Assembly: GCA_040905565.1 (NCBI GenBank)
Contig: JBBDRF010000021.1
Span: 64,001 to 128,000 of the forward strand
Length of the DNA: 64,000 nt
Origin: Phycisphaeraceae bacterium
GTDB taxonomy: Bacteria > Planctomycetota > Phycisphaerae > Phycisphaerales > Zrk34
Direction of reading: 5' to 3'
How positions within the stretch are numbered: position 1 is the stretch's first letter; each line of letters opens with the position of its first letter. Below, one piece after another: positions 37,438 through 47,757 of the stretch. Under the pieces are notes generated by a model. That model was not told where the DNA came from. It did no database searches and saw only the letters and a list, made by a program, of their open reading frames with translations. The translations under genes and the position numbers were made by a program.

Positions 37438-37671
37438 TCATCGCCGGCGGAACCTCGAGGCGATCAGGACGATGACGCCCAGCGCCGCCACCGGCACCGT
37501 GTACGTAATCACCTGCAGGGCAAACGCGAGATTCGCCTCCGCCGACTCGCCCGCCTCGGCGGCGAGGGCGTCGTCCGTGAAAGCGGTGTAGGTGTTGAGG
37601 ATGCTGTACGCGGTGATCGCCAGGCCCGGCAGCACCCCCGCGAGAATCAGGAACATTCCGAGGTATTTCAT
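37438..37671 (-). CDS. Small two-TM membrane protein (loosely MotA/ExbB-hairpin-like)
   Basis: 77 aa, two hydrophobic helices and a basic tail; directly upstream of the radical SAM gene. Confidence 0.55.
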   Translation of the reverse strand: MKYLGMFLILAGVLPGLAITAYSILNTYTAFTDDALAAEAGESAEANLAFALQVITYTVPVAALGVIVLIASRFRRR

Positions 37672-37927
37672 CGTCGCAGTTTACCCCATCATCCCTGTCG
37701 CGGGTTAGAAAAACGTGGTGTCGGGCCGACGCGAGCATGCCCAAATATAGACCGAACATCGGTGTCGGGCAAGCGTGCTTTTCAGCGAAGCTGGCTTGTC
37801 GCCACACCGGTTCGACGTTACAAAGGATCCCAAGGCTCAGCAAGGATTGCGACACAGCCGACGATGCAGGAGGCATCTCATGTTATACGAATTATTTCAA
37901 AATACTCTGCGTTTGAGTGCGTCCAGC

Positions 37928-39130
37928 ATGCGGCCGATGCCGTTGTCTGTGGTGGCCCTGTGCGCTCTGGCGTTGACGGTGGGTGGGCCGGTCGGTTGCG
38001 AATCCGCGCCGGAGCGTAGTCAATCCGAAGCGGGCCGTGAGCGATCAGCCGTGACAGATGCCGTCGCTGAAGAGGAAGAGGACGCGGAGGCGGACCCGCT
38101 GGCGGCGGAACTGGAAGCTTTCGAGGCGCGTCTGAAGCAGGCGGCGGAAACTTCGCAGGAGCCGGCCAATCGGGCGCCGGATGCGAGCGCGGGGCAGCGG
38201 CCGCTGGACATCGACTGGCTAACGCCCGGCGAGGGCGTGGAGGCCGATGCCCCGGTAGAAACAGCAGGTGCGGAGGCGTTACCGAACGCTGAGGGGGTAG
38301 ATATCGGGAAGGGGCTGGAGGTCGAGGGCTTTGACCCGACGCCGACCGAGGATGATCGCGAACCATCAATCAACGAGCCGACCCAGGCGGAGGTCGACGC
38401 CGATCCGGACGTGGCGGAGATGGATGCGGCGAAGCTGGTCCAGGCATTGGGTGATCGGATCGTGGAAGAGGGCGGCGCGAGCTTGCGGCCGTGGCTGGCG
38501 CGGGCGGCGTTGACCTTGGCAGACCCGACGCGGGAGCTGACGGCGGATGATCTGAGCGCCCTTTCCCTTGACGATCAACGGCTGGTGCTGGCGTATCAGC
38601 GGATGTTCACGCATCTCGGTCGGTCGCTGGGGGATGATGCCGAGGCCGACCGCCGTCAGGTCGAGTTAGCCGCGGAGGAGTTGCTGGAGCAGCTTCAGCC
38701 GGAGCGGAATCTTTCGATCCGCAAGGCGGAACTGTGCACGCGGGTAAACGGCTACGGCATCTACGAACCGTTCCAGTCGACCACGTTCGTGGCCGGTCAG
38801 CAGCGGCCGGCAATTGTCTATGTCGAGCTTGACGATTTTCAGACCGAGCGTAACGGCGATGGAAAGCACGTGGTGCAGCTGCGGCAGGAGATCGTCCTGT
38901 ACAACGCTTCGGACGGCCTGGCGGTATGGCGGGTGGATCCGACGGATATTGTCGATGAGTCGCGGAACCGAAGGCGGGATTTTTTCCTGGTTCAGGTCGT
39001 GAAGCTGCCCGCTTCATTGAACGTCGGTCGCTACCTGTTGAAGGTAACGATCACCGACGAGATCGGCGAAGCGGTGGACGAAGCGACCATCCCCATCGAG
39101 TTCGTGGCCGACGGGAGTGCGCAACGCTAA
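37928..39130 (+). CDS. Hypothetical lipoprotein with acidic linker and C-terminal Ig-like domain
   Basis: Signal peptide with PVG-C lipobox-like end; acidic low-complexity region; LCTRVNGYG.YEP...YVELDDF...RRDFF...G.YLLKVTITD. Confidence 0.65.
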   Translation: MRPMPLSVVALCALALTVGGPVGCESAPERSQSEAGRERSAVTDAVAEEEEDAEADPLAAELEAFEARLKQAAETSQEPANRAPDASAGQRPLDIDWLTPGEGVEADAPVETAGAEALPNAEGVDIGKGLEVEGFDPTPTEDDREPSINEPTQAEVDADPDVAEMDAAKLVQALGDRIVEEGGASLRPWLARAALTLADPTRELTADDLSALSLDDQRLVLAYQRMFTHLGRSLGDDAEADRRQVELAAEELLEQLQPERNLSIRKAELCTRVNGYGIYEPFQSTTFVAGQQRPAIVYVELDDFQTERNGDGKHVVQLRQEIVLYNASDGLAVWRVDPTDIVDESRNRRRDFFLVQVVKLPASLNVGRYLLKVTITDEIGEAVDEATIPIEFVADGSAQR

Positions 39131-39143
39131 GGAGGCGAATTGA

Positions 39144-42100
39144 TCAGCGCGGGGGTGGCTCGGTAATGGCGCGGAGAATGTTCGAGATAAGGGGGGTCGC
39201 ATTGTGGGGTTTCGTGCCTGGGGGGAGTTCGCCGAAGGTAAGTGCCCAAACCTGCTGCGAATCGTCGGCATCAAAATCGAGAGAATGGTCGGGCCAGGTA
39301 AGTGCGTCGTCCAGCGTCATGGTTTTGGCGAGCTTGATGATGGGGGACTCGGGCTCGGGGAGGTTGTCCCAGGCGAGCACGTGCAGCGGGCGGAGTTGAT
39401 GCTGATCGACGTGCGAGGCGGTCATCGTCAGCGTGATGGGTTCACGCCCGGCGCGGCGCCAGAGCGGAGCCCAGGGGGTGGCTTCAAGTTCAACCGTGCG
39501 GGTCAGGGACTCGCCGGGCGGGAGGTGGAGGCGTTCGGTCAACTGGAGGGTGATCTCGGGCAGATCGTCATGATCGACAGCGGTGAGCCTGACGTCACGC
39601 GGCAGCGGCTGCCCGGGACCGACGCCCAGCGTGCGGCTGGTGGGGTTGGTCAAGGTGAAGCTGACAAGAGCCGGCTGGGTCGGGTGAAGCTGATCACGAA
39701 CAAGGGCGGCGTGGAAGCTCGGCTCGGCAAGATCCGCAGGCAGGGCGGCGCGGTCACGCAATTTGCGGGCACCCGCGATCCGGTCGGCGGGGGCGTTGAG
39801 CTTCTCGAGGGCGACAACGAACATCTCGGCTGCTTCAAGATTGGCAGCATCAAGCTGCAGGGCGTTGGCGAGCGCCTGGAGAGCAGCGGATGTGTCGCCT
39901 GTTTCCTGATGAAGGCGTGCAAAATCGACAGCGAGGCGGCTACGCAGGGCGGGCGGCAGGATACGTGTCGTCTCATTGCCGATCAGGTTCTTCAGTGTCT
40001 CGGCATGGCGATTGGGGTCGGCGCTGGCGAGATGGCGGGTGAGTTGGAGCCGAGCCACTTCATCGTCACGATCGAGGCGGACGTGCTCACGCAAAACGGC
40101 ATGGTAGGCGTCGTCTGAACCGGTGCGTTGCAACAGCGCGACACGCTGACGGCTGGTGCGAGGCTCAGCAGCGAGGTCGAGTGCTCTCTCCAGCAGCGTC
40201 GCTGCAAGCTCGGACTGATCACGGGTCTCGGCGAGGGCGGCAAGGTGACGCAGGCGGTGCGGGAGGTCGACGTTGTCCGCAGCGGCGCTGTCGGTGGCAT
40301 CTATCTCGTAGAACAGCGTCTCGTGATCGGCTTGAAGATTGAACGTTGCCTGGCCGTTGTGAACGGGGACGTCGACGGCATCGCCTCGCGAGCCGTCGAC
40401 GCGGACTGGGTACATCCGGAAACCGGCTCGGTCGGTGTCGATGGTGACGGTGCCGACCACGGGCTCGGCGATCATCGGCGCTCGGCCGGCGTCGAGGATC
40501 CGGGAGCCGACGAGGTCGTAGACCGTGCCGGTGTTCTCGGCCCGGGCGACGGCGATGAGCAGAAGCCGATCGCTTTTGCGGAGGGGGGTGTCGGTAAGCG
40601 AGCTGAGGGAGACGGTGGCGAAGGGCGTGTCGATGGCGAAGCGTGCGTCGGCGGTTTGCAGGGGATCGTGCGAGCCGAGGTGACCGTAGGCGGATTGGGT
40701 GCGCGGGGTGTTGATGGTGCCGATGCCGCGTTGCCAGTCGCGCCAGAGTTGGCCGGTGTCGCTTTGGATTTCTGTTTCGGTTGAATCGAATTGCTGTAGC
40801 GCCTGCGCGGGCGTGATGGTGTGGTCGCTGTCGATGTCGGCAGGGGGGGCGGGCCCGAGCTGGACGCGGAGGCGATGGGTTTCGATGAGGCGGTTGAAGA
40901 GGCCGGTGTTTTCGTAGGCTTGGCCGACGTTGTCGGTGTGGTGGAACTGAAAGACGTGGTCATCGTCGGCATGGATGAGGACGCTTTGCTGGGCGGGCTG
41001 CACGTCACCACGGCGGTAGATCAAAGCCGCGGCGGCGAGGGAGGCGATGGTGGCGGGGTCGGATTCAAATTCGTAGGCGCCGCCCTGCGGGCCGGTGAGA
41101 CGCTGGGTCGGCGCGCCCGACTGCGAATAGGCGTAAGGCGTGATCGCATCCCAGCCCTGAAACGCAGCGACGGCGGCGAGGCCCGGGTAGTAGGCGGAGC
41201 GATAGGTTTTTGGCGGATTCTGACCGACTTCGCTGGCGATGAGCGGCTTGCCATGCAGTGCGGCCCCGGCGATGCGGCCGAAGGGCGTGCCCTCATGATG
41301 AGGCGGATGGGCGACCCACAGGCCCCCAAGCGAGCCGCCGGCTCCGACCTGATCGCCGTTGTAGTAGAGGTGTGCGTCCATGTAGTCCATCTCCTCCTGC
41401 GAGCGCAGTTCCCAGTGCCAGCGGTACCAGTTGCTGGCGTTGAGCGGGATGCGCAGCCCGACGTCGTCGCGGAGGAACTGATGCATGTCGCTGTAGAAAT
41501 CGCGAAGGAGGTGGATGTAAAAACGTTGATGATCGCGAGGCCAGTTCTGGGTGATGATGCGTTCGCCGATGGTTGGGTCGGCATCGTTCTCCCGGGCCCA
41601 CTGCTGATAGCGGCGGATGAAATCGGTGCGGTATGGTTCGAGCGTGACATGGTTGCCGCCGCGCTGCATGAGCGCTTCGTTGGCGATGCTGGTCATGGCG
41701 AAGGCGGGGTCGTCCTTGTAGGCGAGGCCGGTGTGTTCGTTGACGTGGGACCAGACCTTGTGCATGTACTGCTTGTGAAGCTCGCGCATGCGGTCGTCGA
41801 AGAAGATGTAGGGATGGAGGTGGAAGTTGCCGCTGCCGAGTTTGTCGTGGTTGGGGACGTTGTCTTTTTTGGTGAAGGTACGCTGGACCCATGGATCGAG
41901 GATGATGTAGATGCCGCGTTGCTTGAGTTCGTAGATGAGGCGATCGAGGCGGCGCATGGATTCGGCGTTGAGATGTTGCGAGGTGCCGGAGGGGTGGTCG
42001 TAGTCGATGATGGGGCGGTGCCAGCTATCGAGGTGGTGAAGGCGGACGAGGTTAACGCCGAGGCGGGCAAGGCGCTGAGCGAGTTGCTCGGCGCGGGCGG

Positions 42101-43046
42101 GTGAGCCGAGTGCGGCGGCTGCGGTGAGGTTGACGCCCCAGAAGCGGGCGGCCGTGCCGTCTTCGAAGACGAAGCGTTCGCCCTGGGTCTGGAGGAAACC
42201 ATGCGCGCCGGCGGGGATGTAGTTGCCTTGGGGATCTTTGTTGAGGAACGAGAGATCGATGGGCGTTCCGGCTTGCCCGACGGGGTAGGCGAACCAGTTG
42301 GTGGTGTCGGTGCGCTGCGAAGCGTCCTCGGCCAGGGCGTAGAAGCGGACGGCATCAGGCGTGGTGACGCGGGTGGTCAGCGAAGGGGGCTGATCGCCTT
42401 GGATGCTTTCTGCGGCAATGGTCACGCGGACGGCGGGGCCTTCGTTGGCGAGGCGGCGGGGGGAATCGAAGGCGAGGGTGACGGGCTGTTCGTCTTCGGT
42501 GAGGAAGCGGAGGGCGACGGCTTCACCGGTGAGGCGACGGCCGCGCAACGGCAGCCCGATCCGCTCACGCAGACCGTTGGGCCGCTGCACTTCCAGGCGT
42601 GCGAAGGCGTGGTCCTCGGGCGTGATGGTGAGCGAGATCAGCGTCAGGGCCGAGTCACGCTCAGCGGCCAGCTGATGGTTGAGCACGATGGTGTTCGGGG
42701 CGTTCTCATCAGGCGCGACGCGATGAGCGAGGCGGAGAGGCACCTCGGTGCCGGGGATGGCGTGGGTGGTGGCCAGGGTGCGGGCGCCATCTTCCGTCAC
42801 ACGCGCTTGACCGGGAAAACTGAAGTGTTTCCAGCCGGGGCCCCAGGATTGCAGGTGAATCTTCAGAAGCTTTTTGGTCCCCGTGGTGACTTCGTAGCTT
42901 GTGACGCCGTTGGGGACGAAGTTGTACTTCGGTTGATCCTCAGCGCGAGCGACGGCGGTGATCAGGAGAATCAACGCAATGACGGCGATGACGACGCTCG
43001 GCGCGTACAGACCGCCACGTGTTGCGGGTTTGATGAGTGGTTGCAT
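39144..43046 (-). CDS. Secreted clan GH-A (GH5-like) glycoside hydrolase with a C-terminal TPR + Ig-like module
   Basis: Signal peptide ending ARA-E; PAG.HGF, RFWGVN, LARLGVNLVRLHHLD, LKQRGIY, YKDDPA, ANE (acid/base), DAHLY, IASE (nucleophile); C-terminal helical repeats. Confidence 0.75.
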   Translation of the reverse strand: MQPLIKPATRGGLYAPSVVIAVIALILLITAVARAEDQPKYNFVPNGVTSYEVTTGTKKLLKIHLQSWGPGWKHFSFPGQARVTEDGARTLATTHAIPGTEVPLRLAHRVAPDENAPNTIVLNHQLAAERDSALTLISLTITPEDHAFARLEVQRPNGLRERIGLPLRGRRLTGEAVALRFLTEDEQPVTLAFDSPRRLANEGPAVRVTIAAESIQGDQPPSLTTRVTTPDAVRFYALAEDASQRTDTTNWFAYPVGQAGTPIDLSFLNKDPQGNYIPAGAHGFLQTQGERFVFEDGTAARFWGVNLTAAAALGSPARAEQLAQRLARLGVNLVRLHHLDSWHRPIIDYDHPSGTSQHLNAESMRRLDRLIYELKQRGIYIILDPWVQRTFTKKDNVPNHDKLGSGNFHLHPYIFFDDRMRELHKQYMHKVWSHVNEHTGLAYKDDPAFAMTSIANEALMQRGGNHVTLEPYRTDFIRRYQQWARENDADPTIGERIITQNWPRDHQRFYIHLLRDFYSDMHQFLRDDVGLRIPLNASNWYRWHWELRSQEEMDYMDAHLYYNGDQVGAGGSLGGLWVAHPPHHEGTPFGRIAGAALHGKPLIASEVGQNPPKTYRSAYYPGLAAVAAFQGWDAITPYAYSQSGAPTQRLTGPQGGAYEFESDPATIASLAAAALIYRRGDVQPAQQSVLIHADDDHVFQFHHTDNVGQAYENTGLFNRLIETHRLRVQLGPAPPADIDSDHTITPAQALQQFDSTETEIQSDTGQLWRDWQRGIGTINTPRTQSAYGHLGSHDPLQTADARFAIDTPFATVSLSSLTDTPLRKSDRLLLIAVARAENTGTVYDLVGSRILDAGRAPMIAEPVVGTVTIDTDRAGFRMYPVRVDGSRGDAVDVPVHNGQATFNLQADHETLFYEIDATDSAAADNVDLPHRLRHLAALAETRDQSELAATLLERALDLAAEPRTSRQRVALLQRTGSDDAYHAVLREHVRLDRDDEVARLQLTRHLASADPNRHAETLKNLIGNETTRILPPALRSRLAVDFARLHQETGDTSAALQALANALQLDAANLEAAEMFVVALEKLNAPADRIAGARKLRDRAALPADLAEPSFHAALVRDQLHPTQPALVSFTLTNPTSRTLGVGPGQPLPRDVRLTAVDHDDLPEITLQLTERLHLPPGESLTRTVELEATPWAPLWRRAGREPITLTMTASHVDQHQLRPLHVLAWDNLPEPESPIIKLAKTMTLDDALTWPDHSLDFDADDSQQVWALTFGELPPGTKPHNATPLISNILRAITEPPPR

Positions 43047-43053
43047 GATCAGG

Positions 43054-43524
43054 TCAGGAGTGGTCGTGCGTGGTGGTATCGTGCAGTGGCGCTTCGAGGA
43101 TGACGAGGTTGGCAGCGCGGTCGGTATCCCAGCGGATGCCCACGATGTCGTAGTGATGCGCCAGGCTGAGGTGGAGCATGGCGCGGTGGTTGTTGTTGCA
43201 TTCGAGGCGCATGGCGTCATAGCCGTGGTCGCGCGTCCAGGCGTGGGCGGCTTCCATGAGTTGGCTGCCGATGCCTTTGCGGCGGAGGTCGCCGTCGACG
43301 CCGTAGAGCCAGGTGAAGTAGACGGTGGGCTTGAGTTCGAAGCCGAGGAAGAAGCCGACGGGGTCGTTTTCCACCGACGCGATCATCATGAGATGGTTGT
43401 AGCGACCGGCGAAACGGCGTCGGAAGAATTCTTCTTCGCGGGCGGGGTGGAAGATGTCGTTGTAGAGACGGACGATCAGGGGTAGATCGCCCATGCCTAC
43501 GATGTCGATCTTTGCGTCAAGCAT
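43054..43524 (-). CDS. GNAT-family N-acetyltransferase
   Basis: AAGGAG RBS; GVDGDLRRKGIGSQLM acetyl-CoA motif A, ECNN...AM. Confidence 0.88.
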   Translation of the reverse strand: MLDAKIDIVGMGDLPLIVRLYNDIFHPAREEEFFRRRFAGRYNHLMMIASVENDPVGFFLGFELKPTVYFTWLYGVDGDLRRKGIGSQLMEAAHAWTRDHGYDAMRLECNNNHRAMLHLSLAHHYDIVGIRWDTDRAANLVILEAPLHDTTTHDHS

Positions 43525-43569
43525 GGCGGCTCCTTCCGCTTGGTACATCCAACATCGTATCACCTCGCG

Positions 43570-46500
43570 TCAGCGGGAGCGGGGCGTTGCGGGAGGTGCC
43601 GGAACTGCGTCACGAATCGCCTGCACGAGCATGTCCGCAGGCCCGCCCTTGGGCAGGTAGGCGACGGCGCCGGCCTCCCGCATCTCCTCGGCCATGCTCT
43701 CCTTGTCATGCATCGAGAGTCCGATGACGCGCACGTGAGGCATCTGGCGCATGATCTGTCGCGTCGCCTCCACGCCGTTCATCCGGGGCATGGTGATGTC
43801 CATCACGACGACGTCCGGCTGAACCTGCTGGGTCAGTTCAACCGCCTCCTGGCCATCGACAGCCTCGGCGACGATCTCGATGTCAGGCTGCTCGCCGAGC
43901 AGTGAAGCGAGTCCGTCGCGCAAGACTTTGTGATCGTCGGCAAGCAGCACGCGGATGGTCGTCTGATCGTGCGTGCCGTCGTCGCTGTGCCGCTTGCCCG
44001 CAGAGGCGCGGCGTTTGCCTTCGGGTTCCGGGTCGTCGGGACTGCGGGCCGGGGCGGGTCTGTTGGCTGCGGGGGGCGTGGTGAGCGTAATCCGTGTGCC
44101 CTCGCCTTCGACGGATTCGATGTGCATCGCACCGCCGATGATTTCCAGCCGTTCGCGGATGCTGAACAGGCCGAACCCGGTTTCCGTGCCTCCGCCCTCC
44201 GGCACCTGTTCGAGGTTCACGCCTCGTCCCCGATCTTCCACGATCACGTTCAACGCGCCCTGCGGCTGCATCTCCAGTTTTACACGCGCCCAGAGTGACC
44301 CGGCATGTTTGACGACGTTGAATAGCAGTTCGCGCACCGCCTGGAAGAGCAGGATGCGCACGTCCTCGGGAAGGTGTTCTTCCTCGAAATTCGTTTCAAC
44401 TTCGACATGCAGGTCGTGCTTGGCCTCCATCTGGCGGCTGAGCCAATGCGTCGCAGGTACGAGACCGGCATCGTAAAGAATGGGGGGGCTCAGTTCGAGC
44501 GTGAGCGAACGCGACGCATCGATCGCTTCGTTGATCAACTCGCTGACTTGTTCGAGGGAATCAAGTAACGGCGGCGCATCGCTGCGGGTACGCACCAGGC
44601 CGATGCGAAGCTGGGCTGCGACGAGTATCTGCTGAAGATGGTCGTGCAGTGTTTGTGCGAGGCGGCGGCGCTCCCGCTGTTCGGTGAGCGTGAGTTCTGA
44701 GGCAAGGGCGCGCAGCTGCAACTGATAGTCGCGGAGTTTTTTCTCAGCGACGCGTCGCTCGGTTGCATCGTGGAGAATGGCGACGCCGCCGCGTACGTTT
44801 CCAGCGGGATCAAGCAGCGGTCGGGTGCTGACTGAAAGCCAGCGTATCGGCTCGCCGGGGATCTCGACGAGTACGTCGGCGTCATCGATGGAATCACCTT
44901 GAATGGCGCGCGCCAGCGGCAGTTCTTCGGGCGTGTAGGCGGTGCCGTCGGGCTTGGTCAGGTGGTAGTGGTCGATCCATTGTGCGGGCGACATATCCTC
45001 CGGTTCGCCGACGAGTCGGCGGGCGGCGGGGTTCCAGACGACAAAGCGACCCTCATTGTCGGCGACCACGATGCCTTCACCGATACTGTCGAGGATGGAC
45101 TGGAGGACCTGCTTCTGTTCACGCAGCGCGTGCTCGGAGCGGCTTAGCTGAGCGGCGCGATCGTCGGCCTCGGCTGTGCGCTGGGTGACGCGTTCCTCCA
45201 GCGTTTCGTTCAGCAGGTTCAGCTCTTCCTGCGCCTGCTTTCGGCTGGAAATGTCGGAGATGATGCCGACGGCGAACATGCCACCGCGGGAGTCGCGCAC
45301 TGCTGAGCATGTCAGTTCCGCCCAGAGCAGCGAGCCATCCGTGCGGACGAACCGCTTCTCGATGGTGTAATGATCGATCTCGCCTCCGATGAGCCGTTGC
45401 GCCTGGTGCTCGTCGGCCTCAAGGTCTCCGGGATAGGTGATGTCGCGGAAGTTTCGCCCTCGCAGTTCGCCGGGCGTATAGCCGAGCATCTCGCAGAGCC
45501 GATGGTTGACGGCCGTGAACTTGCCGGTCGGGTCGGCGTGAGCGATGCCGACGGCTGCCTGGTCGAACATGCTGCGGAAACGGATCTCGCTGAATCGAAG
45601 CGCCTGCTCAGCGTGCGCGCGCTGGATGGCGGTGGCGAGCACGTGAGCGACGGCCTGAACGAAGTTGACGTCGTCGGTGGTGAACTCGCGGAGTTGGCGC
45701 GTATGGACGCCGAAGATCCCGTACGGCCTGTCGTTTTCGCCGGGGATTATGACGCTGAGCCCGCTGATAATGCCTTGGTCGAAGAGAACCTGCGGGCCGC
45801 TGAATCGTGATTCGGAGCGTAGGTCGTCAACGATCACCGGTGACGCGGACTGGAGGGTGTATCCTGCCTGATTCCAAACATCGGCGTCGACGGTGAAGCT
45901 GCCGATCGCTTCCTGCGGGAAACCCACCGCGGCGGTAAGCACGAAATGATGGGCTTGCTCGTCGTAGCGCAGGACCTTGCAGTAATCGACATCGAGTGTC
46001 TTGGCGACCTCTTCCACCGCGTGCTGCATCAAGGGCATCAGCGGCTTGCTGGCGAGGGCGGTTTGCCCGAGCTCAACAACGGTTTCCTGTTGATCGAGCC
46101 GGCGTTCGAGTTGCTGCTCGGCGTGCTTGCGCTCGGTGATGTCAACACAGCTACCAACGTAGCCTGTAAAGGTGCCGTCGGGTGAGAAGCGGGGCGCGCC
46201 TTGGCTGATGAGCCAGCGGTACTCGCCGTCGTGGCGTCGGATCCGGAACTCGCACCGGAACGGACGGCGCTGCGACTTGGCCTCCTCTACCGTCTCCATC
46301 GTGGCGGGAAGATCATCCGGATGCAGGCTCTCCAGCCAGCCTGTCCCCAGTTCCTGCTCAAAGGTTCGACCGGTAAGCTCGAGCCAGGCGCGGTTGACGT
46401 AGGTGCACAGCTTGTCGGGCCCGGCCAGCCAGATCAGCACAGGGGCACTGTCCGCAAGGGTGCGGAAGCGCTGCTCACTCTCGCGCAGCGCCTGTTCCAC

Positions 46501-47628
46501 CATCCGTTTCTCGGAGATGTCCGATAGCGAAACCGCGACCGAGCCGTCCACACGCACGGCGATCGAGCGGACCCAGCCGCGAACGGTCTTGCTGTGAAAC
46601 GAAACTTCAGTATCCGAGGAGATGCCGTTCTCGGCGACGCGCGCGTACTGGCTGAAAAGCAGTTGATTTTGAGGAGTTTGGGCGAGTGCATTCGTCCACA
46701 GCTGCCCACGAAGCTGCTCGGGCTGCCGGTCCCAGAGACGGGCGGCGGCGGCGTTGGCGTGCTCCCATCGCATGTCCACGATCTTGCCCTGGTCACTGAA
46801 GACCGGCTCCAGAATTGCGAACGCGTCCAGTGAGAGGTTCTGCGCGATCCGGTAACGACGTTCGCTGGTGCGCAGCGCTTCCTCGGCCTTGCGGCGATCG
46901 GTGACATCGACGACGACGCCGTGCATCAGATAGCCGCCGTCGGGAGTGGGGATGACACGCGTGAGATTGTGGACCCACAGGATCGTGCCGTCTTGCGCGA
47001 TCAGGCGGAAGTCGATCTCGTAACCTTCGCCGGACTCGCGTGCCTTTTCGCAAAGCCGTTCCAGACGGGCTCGATCGTCGGGATGGACAACCTTTTCCAT
47101 GATTTTGCTGCGTGGGTCGAGCCACTGCTCAAGCGGGTAGCCGAGCAGGTCGACGACTTGCGGACTGACGAATGAGAAGCCTTCGTCGAGTTGACCCTCC
47201 CAGAAAATCAGATCCAGATCTTCGACCAGTTCGCGATAGCGTCTCGCGGCGGCCTGCACCGTTGTTTCCGGCAGTTCATGTCGATCGAATCGGCTGAGCA
47301 GACGACGGCGCCACCAGGCCACCATCGCGACGGAGGCCACGGTGGCGATGCTGAGCAAGGTGAGGTTCAGCAGCCAGTCGCCCGCCATGCCGTAGTAATA
47401 GGTGGCGTAGCTGAGGATGATGAAAGCGCTGACGATGCCAGTCCATAACCCGCCTGCGAGCGTGGCGAACAGCGCCACCGGCACCAGGAGCACGCCCGGC
47501 AGCCCGACGCCGAATCTCGCGCGGACTAGCTCCAGAGCGCCGACGGCGACAAGGCTGCCCAACACGCCAACGATCGGCCCCAGGCGTCGCCAATTGGCCC
47601 TCTCCACCATTTGATACCAACGATCCAA
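43570..47628 (-). CDS. Membrane-anchored hybrid sensor kinase: TM region, 5 PAS, GAF, HisKA_3, HATPase, receiver
   Basis: PAS/PAC repeats (HPDD, DITERK), GAF, ERRRLAQTLHDHLQQ, ELLFNVVKHA, DRGRG, GFGLFSIRER, REC (LADDH...MDITMP..NG...K). Confidence 0.92.
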   Translation of the reverse strand: MDRWYQMVERANWRRLGPIVGVLGSLVAVGALELVRARFGVGLPGVLLVPVALFATLAGGLWTGIVSAFIILSYATYYYGMAGDWLLNLTLLSIATVASVAMVAWWRRRLLSRFDRHELPETTVQAAARRYRELVEDLDLIFWEGQLDEGFSFVSPQVVDLLGYPLEQWLDPRSKIMEKVVHPDDRARLERLCEKARESGEGYEIDFRLIAQDGTILWVHNLTRVIPTPDGGYLMHGVVVDVTDRRKAEEALRTSERRYRIAQNLSLDAFAILEPVFSDQGKIVDMRWEHANAAAARLWDRQPEQLRGQLWTNALAQTPQNQLLFSQYARVAENGISSDTEVSFHSKTVRGWVRSIAVRVDGSVAVSLSDISEKRMVEQALRESEQRFRTLADSAPVLIWLAGPDKLCTYVNRAWLELTGRTFEQELGTGWLESLHPDDLPATMETVEEAKSQRRPFRCEFRIRRHDGEYRWLISQGAPRFSPDGTFTGYVGSCVDITERKHAEQQLERRLDQQETVVELGQTALASKPLMPLMQHAVEEVAKTLDVDYCKVLRYDEQAHHFVLTAAVGFPQEAIGSFTVDADVWNQAGYTLQSASPVIVDDLRSESRFSGPQVLFDQGIISGLSVIIPGENDRPYGIFGVHTRQLREFTTDDVNFVQAVAHVLATAIQRAHAEQALRFSEIRFRSMFDQAAVGIAHADPTGKFTAVNHRLCEMLGYTPGELRGRNFRDITYPGDLEADEHQAQRLIGGEIDHYTIEKRFVRTDGSLLWAELTCSAVRDSRGGMFAVGIISDISSRKQAQEELNLLNETLEERVTQRTAEADDRAAQLSRSEHALREQKQVLQSILDSIGEGIVVADNEGRFVVWNPAARRLVGEPEDMSPAQWIDHYHLTKPDGTAYTPEELPLARAIQGDSIDDADVLVEIPGEPIRWLSVSTRPLLDPAGNVRGGVAILHDATERRVAEKKLRDYQLQLRALASELTLTEQRERRRLAQTLHDHLQQILVAAQLRIGLVRTRSDAPPLLDSLEQVSELINEAIDASRSLTLELSPPILYDAGLVPATHWLSRQMEAKHDLHVEVETNFEEEHLPEDVRILLFQAVRELLFNVVKHAGSLWARVKLEMQPQGALNVIVEDRGRGVNLEQVPEGGGTETGFGLFSIRERLEIIGGAMHIESVEGEGTRITLTTPPAANRPAPARSPDDPEPEGKRRASAGKRHSDDGTHDQTTIRVLLADDHKVLRDGLASLLGEQPDIEIVAEAVDGQEAVELTQQVQPDVVVMDITMPRMNGVEATRQIMRQMPHVRVIGLSMHDKESMAEEMREAGAVAYLPKGGPADMLVQAIRDAVPAPPATPRSR

Positions 47629-47757
47629 TCGAACCCTCCCGGAATCGATTTCCCGAACGCAATGATGTCCACAAAGTATATGGCGCAGGGCCCTTGAATG
47701 GGGGATCGCCTGCGAACGGTTGCTTCGCTGGGAGGGGAGGTGAGCAAGACGCAGGCC

